In this document: one piece after another, positions 12,147-21,530 of the stretch
How the letters are laid out: each line of letters begins with the position of its first letter
Numbering within the stretch: position 1 is the stretch's first letter
Source of the DNA: an uncultured Gemmatimonadales bacterium
GTDB taxonomy: Bacteria; Gemmatimonadota; Gemmatimonadetes; Gemmatimonadales; GWC2-71-9
Direction: 5' to 3'
DNA: 64,000 bases
Assembly (NCBI GenBank): GCA_963771275.1
Contig: CAVYSW010000006.1
Coordinates: 64,001 to 128,000, forward strand
Made by a program: the position numbers and the translations under genes
Notes under the pieces: generated by a model
Seen by the model: the letters and a program-made list of their open reading frames with translations, nothing else
Told to the model about the DNA's origin: nothing
Databases searched by the model: none

Positions 12147-12175
12147 AATATAGAGGGGGTCTAAGTGGACCGCAA
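12147..12175 (-). promoter_or_regulatory. Sigma70-like promoter for the rpmJ-rplQ operon
   Basis: Minus strand TTGCGG-17 bp-TATATT, about 40 bp upstream of rpmJ. Confidence 0.55.
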
Positions 12176-12228
12176 GTGAAGGGTTACGGTAGGGAGTGGG
12201 TCGACCCACTACCGTTACGGGCTAAGGG

Positions 12229-12663
12229 TTACGGGGTCACGCGGACTTCCCGCAACCGCCATTCACCGCCCAACCGCAGGAACCCGAAGAACACCGCCTC
12301 CACCCGCAGGTCCGTGGTTCCCCGCACCGTGAACCGCCGCGCGAACTCCGCGTAGGCGTGGTCCGCGTCCAGATAGCGCAACTCCCGCAGGGAAAGCTCG
12401 ACCTCCTCGGCGTCGCTCAGGTAGTCCGACAGCAGGCGCGCCGCCTGTCCCGCACGGACCGCCGCCCCGACGGCGACGCCGGGGATCCGGAGCCTGACCG
12501 TGTCGCTCCGAGCCACCAGGTCGCGCGCGTCGTGGCTCGTCCACGCGAGCCGAGCCCGCTCCGCCACGCTTTCGAGGCTGCCCTGCGCCAGTGCCGACCC
12601 CGCCCCACCCCACGAACCGAGCAGCAGGACTCCGAGCACCCCCGACCACCGCGGAAGCTTCAT
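12229..12663 (-). CDS. Secreted hypothetical protein (possible NTF2-like fold)
   Basis: Signal peptide MKLPRWSGVLGVLLLG..ALAQ; ends GGEWRLREVRV; start overlaps the pyrF stop. Confidence 0.7.
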   Translation of the reverse strand: MKLPRWSGVLGVLLLGSWGGAGSALAQGSLESVAERARLAWTSHDARDLVARSDTVRLRIPGVAVGAAVRAGQAARLLSDYLSDAEEVELSLRELRYLDADHAYAEFARRFTVRGTTDLRVEAVFFGFLRLGGEWRLREVRVTP

Positions 12664-13334
12664 GCCGCCTCCTCGCACAACCGCTGGTACACCACTGCGG
12701 GGTCCGCGGCACCCGCGATCGGCCGGCCGACCACCAGATGGGTGGCCCCCGCCCCCACGGCGGCCGCCGCGTCGGCGGTACGCCGTTGATCGTCGGGCAC
12801 GCTGCCCGTCGGCCGGATTCCCGGGACGACGATCCAGGCTGCCGGCCCCAGCACGGCCCGCAGAGCGGCCACTTCGAGCGGCGAGCTCACCACCCCCGCG
12901 AGGCCCACCTCCGCGGCGAGACGCCCGAGGCGCAACACCTCGGCCCGAATCTCGAGCCGGCGATCCAGCACCTCCCCGAACCCCGCGTCCGTGTGCGACG
13001 TGAGGACCGTCACGGCGACCAGCGGCATCGACCCCGCGGCCTCCCGGGCGGCGACCAGCATCTCGCGTCCGCCGAGCGCGTGCAGGGTCGCCAGCGACAC
13101 CCCTGATTCCGCCGCGACCTTGACGGCTCCCCCGACCTGATGGGGGATGTCGTGCCACTTGAGGTCGAGAAACACGCTGACGCCACGATGCTGCAGGGCG
13201 CGGATCACTGCGGGCCCTTCGCGCATGAACAGGGTCGCACCGACCTTCGCCCAGCGCAGGCCCGGCAGCCGGTCAACGAGCCTCAGCGCCGCTCCGGCCT
13301 CCGGCTGGTCGAGCGCCACGATGATCTCAGCCAC
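12660..13334 (-). CDS. pyrF: Orotidine-5'-phosphate decarboxylase
   Basis: IIVALD, KVG, FLDLKWHDIP, VTVLTS, VPGIRP, LVVGRPI. Confidence 0.95.
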   Translation of the reverse strand: MAEIIVALDQPEAGAALRLVDRLPGLRWAKVGATLFMREGPAVIRALQHRGVSVFLDLKWHDIPHQVGGAVKVAAESGVSLATLHALGGREMLVAAREAAGSMPLVAVTVLTSHTDAGFGEVLDRRLEIRAEVLRLGRLAAEVGLAGVVSSPLEVAALRAVLGPAAWIVVPGIRPTGSVPDDQRRTADAAAAVGAGATHLVVGRPIAGAADPAVVYQRLCEEAA

Positions 13335-14202
13335 GGCTCCACTCTCGCGCGAGTCGCTCGGGGAGCCGGGGATCGGCCAGTCCGGCCGTCCCAATCGCGA
13401 CCAGCGCAGCCCCGGCATCGAGATACTGCCGGGCATCCTCGAGCGTCCGGACCCCGCCCACGCCGATCACCGGGAGCCCGGTGGCCTCGACCACGCGTCG
13501 GGTCGCCAGCACACCGACGGGGAGCAGCAGGGGCCCGCTCACACCGCCGTTGCTCGCCCCGACGCGGCCGCCCGTGACGCCCCCGGCCCCACCCCGGCGA
13601 TAGAGGAATCCCGGCATGGTGTTGACCACCGTAACCCCACCGGCGCCCGCCTCCGCGGCGGCGCGCGCGGTCCGGCCGACGTCGGCGAGCGTCGGCGCCA
13701 GCTTCACGATGACAGGCCGTGCGGTGGCCTTCACACAGCGTGCAACCAGGTCGCGCAGCACGTCCTCATTGGCGCCGAACTGCTCGCCGCCCCGCGCCGT
13801 GTTGGGGCAGGACAGGTTCAGCTCGAAGGCCGTGACGACCGCCTCGCCGGTGAGGCGCTCGACCACCGCGACGTAGTCCTCCACTGTCGACCCCACAACG
13901 CTCACCAGGACGCGGGCCCGGCGCAGGTTGGACGCGAGCCAGGGAAGCTCCGCGCTCCGGACGACATCCACCCCGGGGTTCGCCAGGCCCACCGAGTTGA
14001 GCATCCCGCCCGGGAACTCCGCCACACGCGGGGGCGGGTTCCCGGATCGGGGCTCGGGGCTCACCGATTTCGTCACGATCCCGCCGAGCGCGTCCAGCGC
14101 GACGACCTCGCGCAGCTCGCGGCCGAACCCGGCGGTTCCCGCCGCGAGCAGAATGGGGTTTTGAAACGTCGTGCCGAAGGCGGAGATCGGGGAGTCGGGC
14201 AC
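13327..14202 (-). CDS. pyrD: Dihydroorotate dehydrogenase, class 1
   Basis: NPILLAAGT, GNPPPRVAE, MLNSVGLANPG, ELNLSCPN, GGVSG. Confidence 0.93.
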   Translation of the reverse strand: MPDSPISAFGTTFQNPILLAAGTAGFGRELREVVALDALGGIVTKSVSPEPRSGNPPPRVAEFPGGMLNSVGLANPGVDVVRSAELPWLASNLRRARVLVSVVGSTVEDYVAVVERLTGEAVVTAFELNLSCPNTARGGEQFGANEDVLRDLVARCVKATARPVIVKLAPTLADVGRTARAAAEAGAGGVTVVNTMPGFLYRRGGAGGVTGGRVGASNGGVSGPLLLPVGVLATRRVVEATGLPVIGVGGVRTLEDARQYLDAGAALVAIGTAGLADPRLPERLAREWSRG

Positions 14203-14204
14203 CG

Positions 14205-15560
14205 TCAGTTGCGGATCCTGGTGTCGCGGGCGGTGGGGCGCCGGCGCTGCTGCTGCAACTCGCGGATCACCCGCTGCAGGGAGTCCTCCACGACCCGGTA
14301 GCCGTCGCCTGCCTTGCCGGACAGCGCGAGCGTGTACACCGACTCCGGGTAGCGCTGCCGCACGAGTGCCACCAGCGAATCGGAGAGCGCGGGCTGGAGC
14401 ACCGCCTGGGCCAGCAGCGCCTTGGGGGCGATCACCGACTCGGGCGCCCGCCGGGCCACCTCCGCGAACGCCTCCGCGGCGACGTCGGTCATCCGCAGCG
14501 AGTCGCGCAGGTGTTCGGCGGCGAGGAACAGCGCGAGCGGCATCGCCTCGGGGCTCAGCGCATCCACCGTCCGCCCAAGCACGGCGACGTACGGGGCCAC
14601 GACCTGCGCGGCCGGTCCGCCCCGGCGTGCCGCCGCCTCGAGCGAATCGAGCAGCGCGGGGACCTCCGCCACGGTGTGCGTCTGTCGCACGCGCCGCACC
14701 GCGAGGTGCGCGCGCGCAGTGCCCCCCTCACTTGAATCCGGCGCCTCGGCGGCGATCAGCGCGAATCGGCGTGCCGCTACCGAGTCCACCCCGGCCCCGA
14801 GCCAGCGTTCCCCGTCGCGGAGCAGCAGCCGCCGCCGCTCGCCTGACGCCAGGTCGGACCGGGCCGCCAGGCGATCCACCAACGCGCTTGCCGCTTCCGG
14901 GGAGCGCCGTCCCACGCTGTCGAGCACGGCGAGCCACGGCTGCTCGTCGTACGGCTCGAGCGACGCGCGCGCCAACACGCTCTCGGCCTCGACGCTCCGC
15001 CCGAGGCGAACGAGCGCGATCGCCTTGGGGAAGACCGCCTGGGGCGCCGCGCTGCCCGCGAGGTCGGCAAGGGCCGGCTCGTCGCGGCCGAGCCAGACGG
15101 ACGCCCGTCCGCGCAACAGCAGCGCCTCGTCCCGTCGGTCCCCGCGCGCGCTGTCCGCGAGGGCGGCGACCTCCGTCAGCACCGACTCCGGCTGTTCCAA
15201 CGTCAGCCAGCAGCGCGCCGCCAGCAGATGCGCTTCCGTCCTGATCCGCTCGTCCGGGCTCGAGGTGGTCGCCTCGTGGAGCGATCGCAACGCCTCACCA
15301 CACGCCTTGAGGCGCTCGAGGGCAAGGCCGCGCAGCAGCAGCGCGTCGTCGTGGTACTTGGACTTCGGGAACCGTGCGATCACGGTCTCCGCCTTCACCG
15401 CCGCGCGCGACCAGAGCGAGCGCGCCTCGCTCGTCCGGCCCTCGCGCTCGGCGCGGCGCGCATCGTTGGCCAGTCGATTCGCATTGTACAGGCCGTTGTA
15501 GTACGCGCACGCCGCGACGGAGAGCGTCAGCATCGCCAGTACGAGCGCACCCCGCTTCAC
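14205..15560 (-). CDS. TPR-like lipoprotein
   Basis: Lipobox VAAC followed by AYYNGLYNA; helical repeats; coupled to the amidase stop. Confidence 0.75.
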   Translation of the reverse strand: MKRGALVLAMLTLSVAACAYYNGLYNANRLANDARRAEREGRTSEARSLWSRAAVKAETVIARFPKSKYHDDALLLRGLALERLKACGEALRSLHEATTSSPDERIRTEAHLLAARCWLTLEQPESVLTEVAALADSARGDRRDEALLLRGRASVWLGRDEPALADLAGSAAPQAVFPKAIALVRLGRSVEAESVLARASLEPYDEQPWLAVLDSVGRRSPEAASALVDRLAARSDLASGERRRLLLRDGERWLGAGVDSVAARRFALIAAEAPDSSEGGTARAHLAVRRVRQTHTVAEVPALLDSLEAAARRGGPAAQVVAPYVAVLGRTVDALSPEAMPLALFLAAEHLRDSLRMTDVAAEAFAEVARRAPESVIAPKALLAQAVLQPALSDSLVALVRQRYPESVYTLALSGKAGDGYRVVEDSLQRVIRELQQQRRRPTARDTRIRN

Positions 15561-16765
15561 GGTGACTCCCCCACGGCCGTCTTCGCCTCGTAGCGCCGCA
15601 GATACTCGATAATCCCGTCCGCGATCGCGACGGCCAGCCGCTGCTGCCCCCGGGCGGACGCCAGGAACTGGGCGTCGGCCTTGTTGGTGCCGTAGCCCGT
15701 CTCGATCAGCACGGCGGGGCGCCGCGCCGTCGTGAGCACCACGAGCCGGTTCTGCTGCACGCCGCGATCCCCGCCGGGGTGGACCTTGGAAACCCGCGAC
15801 TGCACGAGATCGGCGAGCAGCGCCGATTCGCGGAGGATCTCGTTGGCCTGCAGGTGCTTCAGAATGAACAGCGTGGGGTCGTCCGGGCGCGCCGCCGAAG
15901 CGGTCTCGTAGCGCAGGGCATCATTCTCGACCGCGGCGACCCGTCGGGCGTCATCCGTGAGCGCCTCGCCCAGGAAGTACGTGTGGATCCCGCCGACCTG
16001 CTGATAGCCTCTGCGTCGCGCCAGCGCGTCCACGTGGATGCTGACGAACAGGTCGCAGTCCGCCAGGCAGAACTTGGCGCGGTCGTACAAGCTGATCAGC
16101 GTATCCGTCTGGCGGGTCATGATGACCGTGACGTCGCGCCGCTGCAGCTCGCGTTCCACCTGTTTCGCGATCCCGAGGGTGATGGTCTTCTCCGTCACGC
16201 CCCTGGGGCAGAACAGGCACGGGCTGCCCGGGTCGGTGCCACCGTGCCCCGCGTCGACGGTCACCGTGCGGCGCGAGTGCAGTCCGGATGCCCCGGGCCG
16301 CGCCGGCGCCGGTGACGCGGTGCGCAAGACGGGGGCGAGGCCGGTTTCCTCGAAGCGCGCGGCGAGCGGATCGTAGCGATACGCCTCGTGGAACCGGCTG
16401 GGCAGGTAATCCGTGAGCCACTGGAGCGGCACGAACAGCGTATCGTGCACAACGTAGGCACCGCCGGCGAGCGGCACGACCAGTCCGCCGTCGACCACGA
16501 CCGGCGCATCGAGCAGAAAGCGAAACGGCTGGCCGGCGAACGCCACGGTGGCCCAGTCAGCGCTCACCGTGGCCGTCAACGGCAGCAGGCGCAGCAGCGG
16601 CGGAACCGGCACGGCCGCGTGCCCGCGGTCCATGCGAATCTCGACTGACGCCTCACCCCGGGACGTGGCGATGACCACCGCACCGGCCGCGGCTGGATCC
16701 GGCGTGGCAGCGGCCGCGCCCGGCCAGCAACAGGCCCAGGCGAGCGTGGCGGCGAGCCGCCTCAC
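15557..16765 (-). CDS. N-acetylmuramoyl-L-alanine amidase (Amidase_3)
   Basis: VDAGHGGTDPG, EK, FVSIHVD, PAVLIETGY; signal peptide. Confidence 0.9.
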   Translation of the reverse strand: MRRLAATLAWACCWPGAAAATPDPAAAGAVVIATSRGEASVEIRMDRGHAAVPVPPLLRLLPLTATVSADWATVAFAGQPFRFLLDAPVVVDGGLVVPLAGGAYVVHDTLFVPLQWLTDYLPSRFHEAYRYDPLAARFEETGLAPVLRTASPAPARPGASGLHSRRTVTVDAGHGGTDPGSPCLFCPRGVTEKTITLGIAKQVERELQRRDVTVIMTRQTDTLISLYDRAKFCLADCDLFVSIHVDALARRRGYQQVGGIHTYFLGEALTDDARRVAAVENDALRYETASAARPDDPTLFILKHLQANEILRESALLADLVQSRVSKVHPGGDRGVQQNRLVVLTTARRPAVLIETGYGTNKADAQFLASARGQQRLAVAIADGIIEYLRRYEAKTAVGESP

Positions 16766-17241
16766 CGCCGCCGCCCCATGGCGCGCGCCGCTTCGCGATC
16801 CGCCATCCGACGCTTGAGGGTCTCGCGCTTGTCGTGTTCCTTCTTGCCGCGCGCCAGCGCCAGCGTCACCTTCGCACGCCCTTTGGCAAGGTGGACGTCC
16901 AGGGGAATCAGCGTCAGTCCCTTCTGCTCCACGGCTCCAATGAGTCGCCGAATCTCACGCGCCTGCAGCAGCAGCTTGCGCGCACGGCGGGGCTCGTGGG
17001 TCACGTAGCCGCGCGACTCGTACGGCGCGATGGTCATGCCTTCAAGCCAGACTTCTCCGCGGCGCACCGTCCCGAACGCCTCCGCAAGGCTCACCTTCCC
17101 GGCGCGGACCGACTTGATCTCCGTGCCGGTCAACACCACCCCGGCCTCCCAGGTCTCCAGAATGTGGTAGTCGTGGCGCGCCTTGGAATTCCGGGCCAAG
17201 ACCGGGCCAGCCTCGGGACGGGGAGCGCGAGGTGTAGACAC
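16762..17241 (-). CDS. smpB: SsrA-binding protein
   Basis: NSKARHDYHILETWEAGVVLTGTEIKS; RKLLL; GKKEHDKRE. Confidence 0.96.
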   Translation of the reverse strand: MSTPRAPRPEAGPVLARNSKARHDYHILETWEAGVVLTGTEIKSVRAGKVSLAEAFGTVRRGEVWLEGMTIAPYESRGYVTHEPRRARKLLLQAREIRRLIGAVEQKGLTLIPLDVHLAKGRAKVTLALARGKKEHDKRETLKRRMADREAARAMGRRR

Positions 17242-17289
17242 GTGCTAACTCCAAGATAGGCGCGCATTTCCGCGTGGTCAAGAAAACCG

Positions 17290-17319
17290 TTGACGCACCC
17301 TTGCGGCACGGTCTATATT
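17290..17319 (+). promoter_or_regulatory. Sigma70-like promoter of tRNA-Leu
   Basis: TTGACG-18 bp-TATATT, 22 bp upstream of the tRNA. Confidence 0.65.
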
Positions 17320-17341
17320 CCGCCCTCCAACCGAAGTTCCC

Positions 17342-17425
17342 GCCGAAGTGGTGGAACTGGTAGACGCGCTGCGTTCAGGGCGCAGTGGGCGTAAGCCCGT
17401 GGGGGTTCGAGTCCCCCCTTCGGCA
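17342..17425 (+). tRNA. tRNA-Leu(CAG)
   Basis: GCCGAAG/CTTCGGC acceptor stem; CTGCG-TTCAGGG-CGCAG anticodon arm; long variable arm; GGTTCGAGTCC T-loop. CCA is not encoded. Confidence 0.95.
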
Positions 17426-17553
17426 CTGCCGACGTTTGGCCATGGGCCCAGCTGCGGGGCACGCGGTCTCGGGGAAGCGATGAAGGGCGCGCCATCTTCA
17501 GGCATGGTCGCGCCCTTCTTGCCGACTGTCCGGGCGTCCCGCCCTCGCCGAGG

Positions 17554-18702
17554 TCAGTAGCGCGACATGCCGGGGTCGAGCTCCCTGGCCCAGCGCTCGA
17601 CGCCACCCCGCAGACTCTTCGCATCCTGAAAGCCCTGCGCCTGCAGAAAGCGCGCAGCCGAGAGGGAGCGCACCCCCCTGTGGCAATACGTCACCACCGG
17701 CCTCCCCTGGTCCAGCTCGCCGAGCCGAGCCGGCAGCTCGCGCAGCGGCATCAGCCGCGCACCGTCGAGGCGGCAGATCTGCCATTCCCACTGCTCACGC
17801 ACGTCGACGAGCTGCACTCCGGCGGCGCCGCCGATCATCCGCGCCAGGGCGGCCGGCTCGATCTCCTCACGGGCTGCGGCAGCCTGCTCCGCCGGGTTCC
17901 CGCCGCAGAACGCTTCGTAGTCCACGAGCTCGCGGATCGTCGGGGCATCCCCGCACACCGGGCAGCCCGGATCGCGCCGTACCCCGATCTCCCGGACGCG
18001 GGCGGCCAGCCCATCCGCGAGGAGCAGGCGCCCGATGAGCGGCTGGCCGGCGCCTGTCACGAGCTTGATGACCTCGAGCGCCTGGATCGTGCCAATGATG
18101 CCCGGGATCGCCCCGATCACCCCGGCCTGCTCGCATGACGGGACCAGCTCCGGCGGTGGCGGATCGCGGAACAGACAGCGGTAGCACGGCCCCCCAGGGG
18201 CGCCGAACACCGACGCCTGACCGTCGAAGCGATACACCGCCCCGTACACGTCCCGCTTGCCGAGCAGGACGCACGCGTCGTTCACGAGGTAGCGTGTCGG
18301 GAAATTGTCGCTGCCATCGACCACCAGGTCGAACGGCCGCAAGACGTCGAGCGCGTTCCGCGCGGTCAGGCGCGCCTCGATGGGCTCGATGCGCACGCCG
18401 GGGTTGAGATCTCCCAGGCGCTCGGCCGCGACCAGGGCCTTCGGGCGGCCGACGGTCGACGTGCCGAACAGGACTTGGCGTTGGAGGTTGGACTCGTCGA
18501 CCCGGTCATCATCGACGAGCCCGATGGTGCCGACCCCTGCGGCGGCGAGGTAGAGCGCGGCGGGTGAGCCGAGTCCACCCACGCCGACGATCAGGACGCG
18601 AGCCGCGCCGAGGCGGCGCTGGCCCGCCTCACCCACCTCCGGCAGAACGAGATGCCGAGCGTACCGGCGCAGCTCAGCCGGCGTCAGATCCGCCCCGGCC
18701 AT
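17554..18702 (-). CDS. moeB: Molybdopterin-synthase adenylyltransferase MoeB with C-terminal rhodanese (MoeZ-type)
   Basis: RYARHLVLPEVG, GVGGLG, SNLQRQ, CYRC, CPVC; rhodanese DVRE..YCHRGVRS. Confidence 0.92.
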   Translation of the reverse strand: MAGADLTPAELRRYARHLVLPEVGEAGQRRLGAARVLIVGVGGLGSPAALYLAAAGVGTIGLVDDDRVDESNLQRQVLFGTSTVGRPKALVAAERLGDLNPGVRIEPIEARLTARNALDVLRPFDLVVDGSDNFPTRYLVNDACVLLGKRDVYGAVYRFDGQASVFGAPGGPCYRCLFRDPPPPELVPSCEQAGVIGAIPGIIGTIQALEVIKLVTGAGQPLIGRLLLADGLAARVREIGVRRDPGCPVCGDAPTIRELVDYEAFCGGNPAEQAAAAREEIEPAALARMIGGAAGVQLVDVREQWEWQICRLDGARLMPLRELPARLGELDQGRPVVTYCHRGVRSLSAARFLQAQGFQDAKSLRGGVERWARELDPGMSRY

Positions 18703-18716
18703 CCCGCCCCCCGGAC

Positions 18717-19175
18717 TCAGTGGCGCCCGGACGCCGCCAGGGAGAGCTGCTCGTCCACCGCTTCCTCGTGGCCCAGCAGATCCGCGAGGGAGACGCTCTC
18801 CAGAAAGTCGTCGATGCGGTGCTGCAGCGCGTGCCACAGCGGCCGGATCGTGCAGCCGTGCGTCGAGCGGCAGCGCTGGGCGTTGATCGGGTACACGTCG
18901 CAGTTCACCTCGAACGTCCGGCTCTCCGCCGCGTCGATGACGTCACGAACGGTGAGCTGCTCAGGCGCCCGCGAGAGCAGATAGCCTCCCTTGGCGCCGC
19001 GCATGCTCTTGACGAGCCCCGCCCGCCGGAGCTTGAGGAGAATCTGCTCGACGTAGTCGGGCGGCAGCCCCTCCCGCTCCGCGATCTCGCGGGCGGGCTG
19101 CGGGCGCACGACGCCGTGGCGGGCGAGGTGCACCGAAACGATGAGGCCGTATTCGGCCCAAGTGGTTATGCGCAC
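18717..19175 (-). CDS. Rrf2-family (IscR-like) transcriptional regulator
   Basis: EYGL, YVEQILLKL, SMRGAKGGY; three Cys in C-x9-C-x5-C spacing; GGAGG RBS. Confidence 0.92.
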   Translation of the reverse strand: MRITTWAEYGLIVSVHLARHGVVRPQPAREIAEREGLPPDYVEQILLKLRRAGLVKSMRGAKGGYLLSRAPEQLTVRDVIDAAESRTFEVNCDVYPINAQRCRSTHGCTIRPLWHALQHRIDDFLESVSLADLLGHEEAVDEQLSLAASGRH

Positions 19176-19194
19176 GGTTGTCCCTCCGCAACGA

Positions 19195-19219
19195 ATATCC
19201 GACGATAAGTTGCGGAAAT
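19195..19219. promoter_or_regulatory. Putative Rrf2/IscR-type operator (autoregulation)
   Basis: ATATCCGACGATAAGTTGCGGAAAT, a 25-bp imperfect palindrome resembling the IscR type-1 box, 20 bp upstream of the Rrf2 start. Confidence 0.5.
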
Positions 19220-19245
19220 CAACAAATGTGCGAGTGAAGGTTTCT

Positions 19246-20652
19246 TTAAAGGTCGCTCCCGGGCACCCCGGGCTCGGTCATCGCGCGCAGATCGAGGACG
19301 CGGGCGAGTTGCTCTGCCGTGAGCAGCCCCTTCTCCAGCACCAGTGCCCGGACCGTCACGTTACGCGCCACCGCCTCCTTGGCGAGTTTCGCCGCCTCCG
19401 CGTACCCGATCTGCGGTGCGAGGGCCGTCACCAGGGCCGGGCTCCGTTCGAGCCAGTGCGCGCACTGCTCCGGGTTCGCCTCCAAGCCGGACACACAGCG
19501 CTCGGCGAAGACCCGGACCGCGTTGCCCAGCAGCTCCATCGCGCCGAGCAGATTGTGCGCGATCACCGGCATCATCACATTGAGCTCGAGCTGGCCGGCC
19601 TCGGCCGCGAGCGCGACCGTGACGTCGCAGCCGCGGACCTGGTAACACACCATGTTGACCATCTCGGCAATACTCGGGTTGACCTTGCCGGGCATGATGC
19701 TCGATCCAGGCTGCACCGCCGGGAGCGCGATCTCGTTGAGGCCGGTGCGCGGACCCGAGGCGAGCAGGCGGAGATCGTTCGCGATCTTGCCGAGGTCGAT
19801 GGCGCAGGTGCGCAACGCCGCGCTGAAGGCCGCTTCGTCGCCCATCGACTGCATCAGCTGGACGCGGTCCTCTCCTTCCCGGACATCGATCCCCGTGATC
19901 GCCCGCAGCTGCTGGATCATCAGCGCCGGGTAGCGCCGCTCCGCGTTGAGCCCCGTGCCCACCGCCGTGCCGCCGATGTTGAGCTCCCGCAGCCCGTTCG
20001 CCGCCGTCGCCACGCGCGCGCGGTTCTTCGCAACGGTCCGGCCGTACGCCCCGAGCTCCTGTCCCAGCCGGATGGGCGTCGCATCCTGCAAGTGGGTCCG
20101 GCCCGTCTTGAGCACGCCATCGAACGCCCGCGCCCGGTCGGCGAACGCCGCGGCGAGGACGTCGAGCGCCTCAAGGAGGGGCGGCAGCTGCGCGAGTGCC
20201 GCCAGCCGGATGGCCGTGGGGATCGTGTCGTTCGTGCTCTGCGCCATGTTGACATGGTCGTTGGGGTGCACCGGCGCGTAACGACCCCGTTCCCCACCGA
20301 GCAGCTCGTTCGCCCGGTTGGCCAGCACCTCGTTCACGTTCATGTTGTGGCTCGTGCCCGCGCCGGCCTGGTAGGGATCGACCACGAACTGATCGCGGTG
20401 TCGCCCTTCGAGCACTTCGCGAGCCGCCTGGGCGATGGCGTCGGCGAGGGAGGCCGGCAGCCGGCCGGTGTCCCGGTGGGTCAGGGCCGCCGCCAGCTTG
20501 ATCCAGACCATGGCGTCGACGAACACGGCCCGCGGCCGGAGGCCGGAGATCGGGAAGTTGTGGCGCGCGCGCTCGGTCTGGATGCCGTAGAGGGCCTCCG
20601 CCGGGACCGGCAGCTCGCCGAGGGCATCGCGCTCCATACGGTATTGGCTCAT
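19246..20652 (-). CDS. Aspartate ammonia-lyase / class II fumarase family lyase
   Basis: GAGTSHNMN, HPNDHVN, KTGRTHLQDA, QPGSSIMPGKVNP, GQLELNVM. Confidence 0.9.
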   Translation of the reverse strand: MSQYRMERDALGELPVPAEALYGIQTERARHNFPISGLRPRAVFVDAMVWIKLAAALTHRDTGRLPASLADAIAQAAREVLEGRHRDQFVVDPYQAGAGTSHNMNVNEVLANRANELLGGERGRYAPVHPNDHVNMAQSTNDTIPTAIRLAALAQLPPLLEALDVLAAAFADRARAFDGVLKTGRTHLQDATPIRLGQELGAYGRTVAKNRARVATAANGLRELNIGGTAVGTGLNAERRYPALMIQQLRAITGIDVREGEDRVQLMQSMGDEAAFSAALRTCAIDLGKIANDLRLLASGPRTGLNEIALPAVQPGSSIMPGKVNPSIAEMVNMVCYQVRGCDVTVALAAEAGQLELNVMMPVIAHNLLGAMELLGNAVRVFAERCVSGLEANPEQCAHWLERSPALVTALAPQIGYAEAAKLAKEAVARNVTVRALVLEKGLLTAEQLARVLDLRAMTEPGVPGSDL

Positions 20653-20719
20653 GCTGTTCCGCCTTGCTCTCCCGTACGCCGCCGACCCGGGAACCGCCGG
20701 CGCGCGGGCCCGGGCTCGC

Positions 20720-20887
20720 TCAATCGGAGCAGTCGCCGAGTGGGTAGATGAACCCGCAGTTGCCGCAGGGGTTCTTGCAGCCCCAGGGCCGGGGCGCGAC
20801 CCGAAACCCGCAGCGGAGACACGTCGCCGCCTCGTTCCGCGGCGCTTCCACGGCCCCCGCCCTCCCCTCCGGCGCGGGGTCAGGCAA
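20720..20887 (-). CDS. Small Cys-rich zinc-finger-like protein (~55 aa)
   Basis: TTG overlaps the end of the MBL gene; ends TCLRCGFRVAPRPWGCKNPCGNCGFIYPLGDCSD. Confidence 0.55.
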   Translation of the reverse strand: MPDPAPEGRAGAVEAPRNEAATCLRCGFRVAPRPWGCKNPCGNCGFIYPLGDCSD

Positions 20888-21530
20888 GGTCGAGCTCCCC
20901 GGTGAGAAACGGGTTCGCGGCCCGCTCCCGCCCGATCGTGGTCGCCGGACCGTGGCCGGACAGCACGATCGTGTCGTCCGGCAGCGTGAGCAACTGCCGT
21001 CCGATGCTCGCCAAGAGCGTGGCGAGATCGCCCCCCGGGAGATCCGTCCGCCCGATCGACCCGGCGAACAGCGCGTCGCCCACCAGGGCGATCCCGTCGC
21101 CGATGAGCGCAACGCCCCCGGGGCTGTGCCCGGGGACATGCCGGACCTCGAAGGCACAGCCCCCGACGGATACCGGGTCGCCCGGCACGAACGCCCGGTC
21201 CGGGGGCGGCAACGGCGGTACGTCCGCCCCGAGCAGCGCGCGCGCCTGCTGTGGCGTGGCGTCATAGAGCGGTCGGTCGGCCGGGTGCAGCCAGATCGGC
21301 ACGGCAGCATGCCGGCGGACCGTCGGGATCCCCAGCACGTGATCGAGGTGGGCGTGTGTCAGCCACACCGCGCGCAGCGTGAGCCGTTCGGTCCGCAGGC
21401 GGGCGAGGAACAGCTCCGCCTCCTCACCCGGGTCCACGAGGACGGCATCACCCGTGGCCCGGTCGGCGAGGATGTAGCAGTTCTCCGCGAAGACGCCGTT
21501 CGTCAGGCAGATGACGTCAGGGCGCGCCAA
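20880..21530 (-). CDS. Metallo-beta-lactamase fold hydrolase (GloC/YcbL-like)
   Basis: THAHLDH, PGHSPG, GDALFAGSIGRTDLPGG, GHG. Confidence 0.92.
   Translation of the reverse strand: MARPDVICLTNGVFAENCYILADRATGDAVLVDPGEEAELFLARLRTERLTLRAVWLTHAHLDHVLGIPTVRRHAAVPIWLHPADRPLYDATPQQARALLGADVPPLPPPDRAFVPGDPVSVGGCAFEVRHVPGHSPGGVALIGDGIALVGDALFAGSIGRTDLPGGDLATLLASIGRQLLTLPDDTIVLSGHGPATTIGRERAANPFLTGELDLA

Noticed and set aside
17342..17553. Island integrated at tRNA-Leu
   Set aside because: No integrase nearby and no duplicated tRNA-Leu 3' end seen; housekeeping genes follow directly.
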